From: Marsupella aquatica
Taxonomy: Eukaryota > Plantae > Marchantiophyta
Direction: 5' to 3'
Length of the DNA stretch: 64,000 nt
Assembly: GCA_973895155.1 (NCBI GenBank)
Contig: OZ316893.1
Location: 14,910,645-14,974,644, forward strand
Shown here: piece by piece, positions 24,682-35,689 of the stretch
Layout: each line of letters begins with the position of its first letter
Numbering within the stretch: the first letter of the stretch is position 1
Translations under genes and position numbers: made by a program
Notes under the pieces: generated by a model
What the model saw: the letters and a program-made list of their open reading frames with translations, nothing else
Told to the model about the DNA's origin: nothing
Database searches by the model: none

Positions 24682-25218
24682 CTACGGTACTAAAAAACAT
24701 GGCCAACTCCTTGCACATCATCTGCAGAGTATGAATCCTCAGGGAGATGGCCACTCCCATCTATAGCCACTGGAATCGAGTTCGCCATCCTCCGAGTCAG
24801 AAGACAAGTTGGAAGGATTGTCCCTCCAATCCTTCTCTCTCTCCTCCTCTTTCTCGAGCTCAAATCAAACAATAGCTCGTGCCTTCCTTCGAGCCTTGAA
24901 CTTTGGTCTTGGGACAATTGGAATGTAGTACTCCTCTTGCAATGGCAGGGCTACATTTGCTGGTACCTGTGGTGCCACTACCGGGGCCGGAGTCATAGCT
25001 CATGCTCGCACAGCGCTGCCCTCGCCAACAACGGGTGCCACTATGGGAAGGCTCGACCGAACCTGGGATGAGCTGCCCTCCTCCACATGTTGTGAAGATG
25101 GTGTGGTAGCAGGAGCAACGTCTTCGGAATCGCTTGATGACAACATAATCACGTCTGCACCACTCGAGCTGGAGACATGCTTGCCATGTCTTTTAATCAC
25201 AACCTTTGGCCTCACCAT
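24682..25218 (-). pseudogene. Third (accessory) ORF inside the Harbinger element; unknown function; interrupted by in-frame stops
   Basis: From ATG 25218 a single frame reads MVRPKVVIKRHGKHVSSSSGADVIMLSSSDSED...VRA*AMTPAPVVAPQVPANVALPLQEEYYIPIVPRPKFKARRKARAIV*FELEKEEEREKDWRDNPSNLSSDSEDGELDSSGYRWEWPSP*GFILCR*CARSWPCFLVP*. The first four stops are all TGA. The true 3' end is uncertain. Confidence 0.6.
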
Positions 25219-25728
25219 AGTGCAGAAAATCGAGGATATAGGCCAAACAGCGTGCCTCAAGGAAATGGAGATGCTGAACTCAGAGAATCAAAGGAGATGG
25301 TGATGGACAAGCGCTATGGGTGGACCCTCAAGGAGACGGGAACCCACATTGGGATTCAGGAATACAGAGGTGCGTTGTCAAAGGCTTAAGAATCTGCCTC
25401 ACAAGACTGTGTGAAGACGTGCATACCAAAGCTGTGTACGGTTGAACGTATTGTGTGGGTACTAGACGTTGTACACACACGAATTGCAATTAATTGTGTG
25501 GTTACCTTTCAGCATTGCTTGTGCGAGTCCAATGGCCACCACATGTGATAGGGAAAGAGAAGGGGAAGATTCCAACCTCAATTCCATACGCATTGATCGA
25601 ACCGGGGCTTTGAATTCAGTTCCACAATTTAGGGTACATTGCTCAAACAAAGCTTTCTGAGAAAATAAAACGGTATCTTATCCAAGGACTCGTACCAGGC
25701 TGAACTCTATCAGTTGCTAATCACTAAA

Positions 25729-27048
25729 TCACTCCTCGTCTTCTTCACCTCTGATTTGCCACAAATGTTCTACCAGATCCTCCCTCAGTTGATGAGCTCT
25801 TTCAGCGTTGGCAATCAATTCCACATTGTGTGTCAGCCCTGCAAATGTCAGTGGAGGTCGTGGCCTGTGCTGCCACTGAGCCTCATTCCTCTCAAACAAA
25901 TAATCTTGTGTCAACTCAAGTTCGTCTGCCTCATCCTCAATGATCATGTTGTGTAAAATCACTGTTGCTTTCCATATCAATTGCATCTGATCTTGACTCC
26001 ACCATCGTGCAGGGTTCTTCACCATTGCAAACCGGGCTTGAAGCACACCAAAACATCGCTCCACATCTTTCCGCACTGACTCTTGTCGCTTGGCATACCA
26101 TTTCCTCTTCGCCCCTTGAGGATCGGCTATGGTTTTCATAAAGATGGTGTAGTCAGGGTAGATGCCATCGGCCAAGAGATAGAACATTTTGTACTCATGG
26201 CCGTTCACAGAAAACGTAACATTTGGAGCTACCCCATTCAACAAGTTTACCAAGAGTGGAGATCTATCAATGACATTGATATCATTATTAGATCCAGGAA
26301 TACCAGCAAAGGCATGCCATATCCAGAGGTCTGAGGTTGCAATTGCTTCAAGGACAATTGAATTTAAACCATCCTTGTCTCAAAATTGGCCTTGCTCTCC
26401 CACTGGGCAATTCTTCCATGTCCAGTGAGTGCAATCTAGGGACCCAAACATTCCTGGGAAGCCTCACTTTCGATTGATCTCCATGTGCCTTCGTACATCC
26501 TCCTCTGTAGGATGCCAAAGGTATTCGTCTCCAAAGCAATTCACAATAGCTTCCACAAAGTGCTTAAAGGCAGATATGGCGGTAGACTCTCCAATCCTGA
26601 CATATTCATCCACTGCATCCCCTGCTGAACCATAGCACATCATCCGCAAAGCTGCTGTCATTTTTTGGATGCTGCTGAGGCCTGGTTTCCCAACAGCATC
26701 GGGCCTCTGCACAAAGTAATGATCTTCAGGGAGAATCTTATTGTGAATGCGGATAAAGAGTTGCCTTCTCATCCGAAACCGCCTCCTGAACAAGTGAGGT
26801 GGAAATGCTGCAAACTGTGAGAAGTAATCTCCCCAAATTCGATCGTGGCCTGCAACATGATCACGAAATATGTTTGGGGAGCAGCCAATTGTCGAACCTC
26901 CGTGTGTTCGATTCAAGACATTGGACATCTATTCCAGCATGTCACTTTCTTCAAGCAGTTGGGTGATGTGATCAGCAAGGACATCTTCAATGTCATCATC
27001 AGACAATGCCCGATCAGCTGTCCATTGTTCGAATTGAGCACGTTCCAT
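25729..27048 (-). pseudogene. PIF/Harbinger DDE transposase (HARBI1/ALP1-like); three in-frame stops
   Basis: FRRRFRMRR, KMTAALRMMCYG, GFPGMFGSLDCTHW.WKNCP, LEAIA..DLWIWHAF.G.PGSNNDINV, YLLADGIYP, RKDVERCFGVLQARF, ILHNMIIEDE. One frame from ATG 27048, with stops at 26929-31 (TAG), 26464-66 (TGA) and 26380-82 (TGA). Confidence 0.93.
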
Positions 27049-28067
27049 ATGGAACACAGAGAATGTCCAGAAGGATGAAAAAAATGAGAATTTGTGTTCG
27101 ATCGTATAGAAAAGGATGATGCAGCGAGGGTGTCAATTTCCATTTGCAGGCGAGGCCTATCATATACACATTTTCCGATCAACAATTGCACATTGTTGAA
27201 ATCCACTACGATTTTGTGCCAATGTATCAACCCACCCACGACTTTAAAAAAGTGTGCCATTGATTTCGTGGAGCAATATCAGCCGAAACTCTCGAGAGAT
27301 GGACGGATTCAATTGCACAGACTTGCGCATTCAAGAGCAAAAGGCCAAGGCCAGGGCACAAAGGAGCGCAAATTTGTGAAATTGGATGTGAGAATTCATG
27401 GCAGCAAGAGGTCAACGGAAGTATGTCCAACGCGCAAGCTGGTGCAAGCTTGCGCATTGCCTTCAGAGATAGAGTAGACACCCGGAATTTTTGGGAGCGA
27501 AAGCACCATAGATGACCACGTGCCTCACCAATAAAGTAACGCGTGTCCATGTCATATAGCGCAGGGAAACTATCCCGTAACCAGTGGGGTTGCATTCTGA
27601 CAAACCCCGTTAAGCATATAGCGCATCCCAATAATAGCTGGGCCATTGCGTTGTATTAAAGGTATAGTGTAAAGACACCCTATCAGCGTTGGAGATGCTC
27701 TTAAGGCTTAGGACTGTCTTGCATGTGCAAAGTCCTATGTTTTTCAGCCCTCAAGTGAACCCCTGTCACTTCAAAATGCTACAACAGTAAGGCACCGTTG
27801 AAGGCATATTTTGTGGGGAAGCAAGGGCAAGAGCCAAAAAAATTCTGGCCTTTGAGGACCTGGACCTGACCTTCAAAAGAGAATACAACAACATTTCAGC
27901 GGGTACAACTGAATGGACGCTTCACACTTATTGCATTTTTTGATTCAATTTAGGTTGACACTTTTTACTTACATTTGTGAGCTGGTTAGGGCCGCTTTTT
28001 TAGTACTCTTGCACATCCAAGACAGCCCCCTTAGCACCCAAACATCACCCAGCACTTGATTCTGTGC

Positions 28068-28506
28068 GAAGACGGAACGAGGCCTCCACTTAGACCTCCG
28101 TATAGGGTCAGTAGGCATATGGAGACCCAGAATGAAACCCATATATGACAGATTATAATAAGTTGATTTAAACCGCCACTGTCCACTTCCAAAATGTGGA
28201 TCCACCACATTGCTTAATATAGCCTACACTTGAGCTCCGGGCATTCTCAACTGTTTCTCGAAGGTCACTTTTTGCCCCGGTCAGCTGTACACGTGTACCA
28301 GTGTCCAGCCTCATTTCACGGAGGGCGCAATTTCATGAACCCTAGGTGGGGCAAGTCCTCTAGCCCATGCTGCGCTATCCAGAGTAGTCAGTAGAGTCAT
28401 CGTCACATCAACTTATTATAATCTGTCATATATGGGTTTCATTCTGGGTCTCCGTATGCCTACTGACCCTATACGGAGGTCTAAGTGGAGGCCTCGTTCC
28501 GTCTTC
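28068..28506. mobile_element. Foldback/MITE-like element with ~100-bp terminal inverted repeats
   Basis: 28068-28167 and 28407-28506 are near-perfect reverse complements (GAAGACGGAACGAGGCC...TAAGTTGAT) around a ~240-bp spacer. No clear TSD. Confidence 0.7.
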
Positions 28507-31500
28507 ATGCACTTGACATATATGACAGAATAGAAAAGACAACACGCATGTGAAGGTAGTACAGTTTCCAACCCTAGAGTTCTCCCCAATAACAGGTGAC
28601 AAAAATCCAGGTTTACTGACATTGAAGAACTACGTTTTTGTCTTTTTGAGTTGTAGTTTTTTGGACGAACGTTCCCCCAAACTTTCCTGACAAGCTACCT
28701 CATCCCCATCTTGTCTTATTGAATTTTAGCGCCGAATTTCACTGGGACTGAAATTTGCACACCTTGGATTTCCAACCCTCAGTAAATCGTGTGCCAGCAA
28801 TTGCTGCACAATCGTAAACGCCAGACGGTGCAGATAAATAAAAGGTTACAAGGGACCAAGCTGTTACAACCCTCGTTAGCCACCACTTCAGTTCATCAGC
28901 CACAAGTTCTACAGCTTCTCAAAAGAAGGAAGCTGTACCTCGTCCAAAACTGTGCTTTCCAAAGGTTATATGGTTCGTCAAAAGTATTACCCTTATGTGG
29001 TACCCTAAACCCACTCCCACTCACAAAGTGGGAAAACTCAATAAATAAAGTGGAGTCGTCAAAACTACCGTTCACCAAAGTACCAGAACGAAGAAAGAAC
29101 TAGAGACCTTCCGTCCAAACTCGAGTGTCGGGTTGACATTGGTTTGATACCGTGATAAAGCACATAACTGGTTGAGAATTTCTGTGGCCTACATTTCAAG
29201 TCTCGATTGGTGTTCGTGGTCGATAGACCACCAATCTCATCAGTACAGAGCCCACACTGACCGTGAGGTCATCCTAGCTCAAAAAATAACTAAAATAGTG
29301 AAAATAGTCCCTGGGACAAAATCGTAGGTAATACTAGTGAAAGCGGAAACAAATTTGCACCGCATTTCTAGGAATGCTGGAAGTATAGATCTACAATCAC
29401 GATTCATCAATGTTTACAATCCTGATATATCTATTTATGGCGTCGCACAAGAACTATAATTTGAAAAAACAAACATATTCTATTTTTCAAGCCGGGCATG
29501 CGCGAACCTGAATTACCTGATGGTCAGATGGTCGTTACTGGAGTACAGTAGTATTGTAGTAAGTTCTCGCCAGACCCCAGTCGTACTTCTGTCTTGGATT
29601 GGTGGTGGGCTTTCTCCCAAACGGAGAATCGGATTTGATTCCCCGCCCCGGGCGCCGGGCCAGGACTGTGCTGCTGTACTGCTGCTGTCGCCAGCGTCTT
29701 CTCGAGATCTTCTGTCATTTCATTTCATTCTGGAAGCCGCTGCATCCCTCTCTATTCATTCGTCCTCCACCAAACGAAACCAGAACCGGCGGGGGATCGA
29801 ATCTTCTCCACCAACCAGGAGCTTCAGCGTGCCGCTGCCGACGCACGTTCAGTGCTTTGTGCAGTTTGTTTCGTTACTCATGAAATGCACCGTCTTCCCG
29901 AGTTCCAGTGGACCTTCTTATATCATCATTCTTATCGCATTTCTTTATTTTTTCTGTGGAAGGAATTTTTTTATAAATAGAATGTTCAGGCATCAGGAAT
30001 GTGAGAATGTCTCTAAACCCTTAACCGTATGAGTTGAAGCCTCCGTGTACTGTAGCTAAACGTTTGACTGATTTCCTAGATGGACCATTTCAACCAAGAT
30101 CGACAAAAGACTCTACTGTAATATACTTTAGAGTTTTTGTTTATCCTTAGAGTTTTTGTTTATCCTTTTGGTCCATCCACCTACTACTTTAATTTAATTT
30201 TACCGTGAAGAAGTATTTGTAGACAAAGAGCTACATCTGTGGCGTTTTCCATCTTTATACCTCTTTTGCTTCCCAAAAATGTACTTTGTTGTTTCCTTTT
30301 TTGTGGATGTTTCCTTTTTTTGTGGACTACTGAGAAAAGACGAGTGCCTTTTTAGAAGCGTCGTGTTCGTTCTTGTCCAAAGCAGCGTGAACGATAGGTC
30401 ATGGGTGACCCTGCCTAACCGTTAAAGTGAGACATTTCTCTTTATTGACAACATCGTGGGGTGGGCTTGGTGATGTCATTGCACTGACAACGTCAATCAT
30501 ATTTGACGTAAGCTTCTTTAGCTGATAAATGAGCCATCGCTTATCTATTTGACTCCACAACTAGCATTTTTATATATCCTTATCTAATTTGAGTTTATCC
30601 TAGGGATATCATCCTTTGTGTTTCGATGAATTTTAAACCTCCATGCAAACTTTCAATTTATTTGTTATTCTGGTTTCAATATAATGTTTAAGGACCCCAC
30701 TTCCGACGAACGGAACAGGAACGATCGTCGTCCTTCGTTTCAGTTATTTTTTTCATCCTGATTTCAATGTGAGGTTTACGGTCCCCACCCGACCAACCAA
30801 ACAGGAACCTCCGTCATCCACCGTGTACATCACGTGTGCCCATTTTTTCAATTTTGCCATCGTACTCATTACCAGTGAAAGTACCATACATTTTGTTTGT
30901 TTGAAAGAAGGGAGACTAATTCATTTTGTTTATTTTTTTTACTCTATTTGGTCCTTTTCTGTAAAAAGTTTATATATTACTTCAAAAAATAGTTTTTTCT
31001 GGTTTGTAACCAGGGTCAAAACCTAACCCACAAAAACAAAGCCCTCCCAAGTAAACCTCAGATGTAGGAAACAGTCCCAAACTTTTTCTTTTTTCTTTAA
31101 TTTCCAGTTTGCTCCTGGTGGACACTCAGATGCGGGCACCAACAGGCCAGAGAGAAATAGTTAAAATTCCATAGAGAGCTCCACCAAGCACGCATCTGGA
31201 GGGTGTTACCCTTTAAAAATGGTAATTGCGCCCCCAAAACGGTTTTTGCCCTAGTATACATCGATGTAACATTGTGCCCTGGTGATTTGTTTGTAGTGCA
31301 CTTCTGTGATTGAAACAGGGCATTAATGTTAAAATGAGGCATTGTTCACGGACTCACACAGCATCCCACAAAAACTTGGAAAACAATATCACTTCTCAAA
31401 CTTTATGCACTTCTTTGTAATTTTTTCTGCTTTGTGAAGAAGAATGCATAGTGCAGATGTGGATGGGGGATCATGAAACTTCTCCTCTACTTTTACTATA

Positions 31501-32044
31501 AAGAGTAAAAATTGAAAATATTTTCTACCATTTTACAAAATTTTATTGCCCTGTATTGAGGACTTCTTGAGCAATAATAGCAGCTCATAACTTGAGCTAA
31601 AACCCTCATATTTCAGGGCAATACTATTCCAAATGAACTGTTACCAGGACCTTATATTCCACAATGCCATGTAAACAAGACTTAAGTATGTATAGAGCAG
31701 CATATCCTGCAAAAAGCAAATGTACTTTTCAAAACTTGAATACAATGTCTAGAGAGACATGAATTTGTGATAGTTCACTTGAATAGAGACTGATAGATCT
31801 TGGGTTTAATTATTGTGTGACTCTTTCCTTTCTGTGAGGTTTCATAGATTTTTCCTTTAAAAAAATTTATTAAAAAATTATCTTGAATACAATAATACCC
31901 ATGGAGCTTTGTTTGAATAGGCTGAGCGTTTTTTTGAATGAGAGGGCTTCTACTTAGCACCACCTTTTGTCTGGCGGGAGTCGTCTGGGTCGTTGAGTTT
32001 GGCCCCAATACTGACTTTCTATTGGAGTTTACTTTTCTTCTAAG

Positions 32045-32168
32045 GAATAAATATACACATACTTTTTACAGAAAAAGGCCAAATAGAGTATGAAAGAATA
32101 AACAAGAGAGGTCCCAAGTGGACAAAACCAAACGCAAAAGAAGTGAGCAAAAGGAAACCCTAAAGGGC
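32045..32168 (-). mobile_element. Short 3' tail fragment of the CRE-like non-LTR family
   Basis: The reverse complement matches the 3' UTR at ~33890-34025 (ttttgctcacttctttt, tccacttgggacctctcttgtttattc, tttggcc). A still shorter + strand tail sits at ~30930-30990. Confidence 0.65.
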
Positions 32169-33224
32169 TTTACTTCGCGATTGGATTTGCCTCTTTTTTA
32201 GTGCTAGGTAGTTATCCTCTTTGGACCCCTTTAGTTTTCCCTGCTATGTACTTTGTTTGTTATCCTACCTTTTGATTCCTACTCCTGTTTTGTTTACTTT
32301 TCATTTTCTTCTTTAGCATTCTCTATGGCTGGCGACGTCATGCGTAAACCTCATCGATTTGCTTGATCCCCCCAAATGGAAAAACTGAATATATCATTCA
32401 AACGTGGTAGGTTGCATGCAAAAAAGATGGCACTTTCATCCAGTCAACTTGATGTCATCAATGGAGGCACAATTTCCTGTCCATACCTTTTTTCTATCGA
32501 TTGCTCAGTACAGGCGTGTCACTACATAGTGAACCTACCTTTCTTTCCCTTTTTTATCACCACATAGATAACCTACCTTTGATATGACAAATATTACAAG
32601 GAATGTTTGGCATGACAATGTATATCTGTCGACACTTGCTAGTAACATTTAGATATCATCTCCCAGCATAATAACCAGGTTGGCATATGAACACCCAGTT
32701 GCCTCTGGTAGTGGGCAAGCATGGCCCGTAACAATATCTCTCAAGAATGTGGATTGTCTCCTTGTCAATACATTTCCAACAATGTGGACTTTTGCCAGTG
32801 ATGTGACAATACAATGAATTAATCTAATTATAATTTATTGGCTCTTGGATCCACCCAGCACTCACTTTTGCCCCACACCCAATGTGTTGGATTCTTGTGG
32901 CCTCATAAACTATGATGTGGTCAATGAGTACATAATTAAGCTACTCTAGAATAGTGGAAAGGTTTAGAAGAAACAACAGAATCTGGAATTCATTGTCATG
33001 CTTTAGTAGCCTACTGAAATACTCATATTTTGAGCAGGTTGTCGTAAGGAAAGATATAGAATCTTTCATGTCCACGTTGCCCCAATTTGTAGCAAAGAAA
33101 AAGTCATTAACATGTTTGTTTGGCAGAAACAAATGTTGACTAAAGAATGTGTTTCATCGTCTTATTTGAAACGAAAGCAATGATTTGCAAGGTACTTTGG
33201 CCTAACCCAGCCACACATGCAGAG

Positions 33225-33335
33225 CCACCGACTCTCTCCCACACCCAGTGAGGGGGGGGGGCGGGGGGGGGGGGGGGGGGGCAGGCTTGAACCCGGTGGT
33301 CCCGAGCCCTAATCCTCTCACCACTTGAAATGGAA
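33225..33335 (-). mobile_element. Possible tRNA-derived SINE fragment
   Basis: The minus strand shows an A-box-like TCAAGTGGT and a B-box-like GGTTCAAGCC at tRNA-like spacing, followed by a poly-C run. Confidence 0.3.
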
Positions 33336-33357
33336 GAAGATCACTAGTCCATTCAAG

Positions 33358-34031
33358 ACATCATTGGGACAGCGACAACAACGGCAGGGGCAGCGGCATC
33401 ACGAGCAACAACAATGAAGGAGGCCAAATATGCTGCACGAGCGTCAACTGATAGCTTCCTCCTCCTCGCCCTTGAGATATTTGGGGGTCTCCATCATCAG
33501 TTCGACGGGCTTCTTCGACAAGCTGCTCGGGATGTTCATTGCCGAATGGGTCCCACCGGACCCCAGCTATCTGTTTTGACCACGCACTTTCACCAATGCA
33601 TTTAAGTCACCTTAGAGCATGCTCAAGCTCAGGCCATCTATTGTTGCTCTCTGACAGTGGGTGCTAGTGTGACTCCATAGCGGCTAGCCCGTCTAGAGCA
33701 CCTTCCAATCCCACTTGTCGATTTAGTTTTGACATTTGATGTAGATCATTAGCTTTTTGTCACATTTGCTAGAAATGATGAGGACCTCGGTCCAATTGCA
33801 GTAATTTTAGTTTCTCTTTCTTGGTTTTTAGGGGTTTTCTTTTGCTCACTTCTTTTAGTTACTCTTTCTTGGTTCTTAGGGGTTTCCTTTTGCTCACTTC
33901 TTTTAGTTACTCTTTCTTGGTTCTTAGGGGTTTCTTTTTGCTCAATTCTTTTTCCACTTGGGACCTCTCTTGTTTATTCGTTTGTACTCTGTTTGGCCCT
34001 TTTCTATAAAAAAGTATGTATATATTAAAAA
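33358..34031 (+). mobile_element. 5'-truncated CRE-like non-LTR retrotransposon (short copy: end of RLE domain + 3' UTR with 48-bp x3 repeat)
   Basis: Colinear with ~38788-39366 (KEAKYAARA..FLLLALEIFG). Flanked by the direct repeat ATTCAAG (33351-57, 34032-38). A-rich 3' end. Confidence 0.85.
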
Positions 34032-35341
34032 ATTCAAGGGGCTCTTCTTCTTTTCGGCAAGAAAGATTGCTTTATTAAAGAGACTTGGCAAAGGTACATG
34101 GATTGGATGAACTAAACCGAGCGCTACATATTCTCCACTTAGATCTGTTGTTACATTTTTTTGTCTTGTCTTCATGCTTTACAATCAAGTAAAAGGGAAT
34201 CATACAGACAAGTCCGCCCCAGCATAGAAGCATATGTAACTTTCAAGCAAAGCGCACTGAAAAAGTCTACAATAACCGCACAATTTCACAACGAAGGCAA
34301 CATTCACATAAGCGATAACCTTTCTGTTTTGGGGAGGAGATAAGCCATACTTGCATTCAATTGCATTAAATTAAATTAATGTAATTGTTGTGTTCTTCAA
34401 GCTACCCGTACTCTGCCTGTAATCACACATAAAAATGTGCATTCATTGATTTGAAAAAAAATTACAATATTTATCATGGTCATACACCAAATATGTCATA
34501 TTTTGACCAGAAAATCTCAACTGTGATATATCATAATGTAAAGTTTTACTCGGGTCTCGGTCTGAGACCAGCCTGGGTCCGTAAACTCTATTATTCTAAT
34601 GATTATAACTTAAGCTTCCCAATGTTAGGGACTTATCACAATTGAGTGGACTTGACCTGGTCCATGCTGGCAGAAACTACAAGTGGGGTGTAGTACCATT
34701 GGAGTTGGTAACCGAGTACTGTAGACTTTGAATAATTGTGGAAAGCCTAGCTCTCGAGCCAGAAAATGCCAATAATCATGCAATCCACTTTGGCCGGCCA
34801 ACCAGCCTGGTTGAATAGCACTTCAATGGTGACCGCCACCCATAGCAATACACAATCAAAGAAAATATCGGATAAAACTAACATACCAATCTAACCCCAC
34901 TTGCTTATTTGGGGAATCTATTCCGAGTTGTCCATCAAGTGGGGATACGTTTTCCATGACCCACTTGTCAATATTGAAACATTACATAGGTGAACATTCC
35001 CCTAGGTGCCCACTCCACTATTCTGCTGAATATTCTAATTGCTACTAACATGCCATCTCAAATTTTATCTTGTCTTCTTGTTCAGAAAATGGAAGCACAA
35101 TGTTCTCTTTGAATTCAATAGTAAGCCCCATTGGAGCAGCTGTAATTAATAAAAACTTTAGCATAAACAGACTGAGGTGATGGGAGACACAAGGCTTGTG
35201 ATGGCATCGGTAACTCTAGTCATCCAATATAGATTGCAAACTAGGTGAAATTAGATTACCCCTGGTGAGACCAAGTACACTCCTCAGACTTATGCAATAT
35301 GGCTCCAGTGCCGATTTCATTTGGTATGTTAAACAGGACAG

Positions 35342-35689
35342 TGTTGAGCATAGACGACATTCATAACGGCAAGCCCATGAACCATCCAACGCACAATAGT
35401 CGACACAGAGAGATACGTGGTTCACCTCCACATGAGGCTACGTCCACGGGAACACACAAGAGCTTTACTGCACTATAGGCCGAACGGCCATACCAAGCAT
35501 CAACAACACAAGCTCTCCCTATCTCTCAACTAGCTCTGTAACAATGACCCTAAGTCTCACCAGGGTCTGGCATCAGCCCTGGCTATATGCACAACAACAC
35601 TACCGCTAAATAACATTAGCTAAGTCCTAACCCGAGTTAGATTAATTGTGGTTAGCTCATGAGTCACAAGACTAGAGCAATATCTAACA
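35342..35689 (-). mobile_element. Solo LTR (348 bp) related to the Copia element at 43273
   Basis: TGTT...AACA termini and 5-bp TSD GACAG (35337-41, 35690-94). The R/U5-side ~130 bp are highly similar to the Copia LTR end. Confidence 0.9.

Larger units (their letters stand above)
22827..27700. mobile_element. Complete PIF/Harbinger DNA transposon (4874 bp)
   Basis: Perfect 14-bp TIRs GAGCATCTCCAACG (22827-22840) / CGTTGGAGATGCTC (27687-27700). TTA TSD on both sides. Carries Myb/SANT-like and DDE transposase genes in convergent orientation. Confidence 0.95.

Noticed and set aside
29520-30032. 170-aa ORF in a GC-rich patch
   Set aside because: No family motif or coding-like composition; may be a promoter/UTR-like remnant but this is unsupported.
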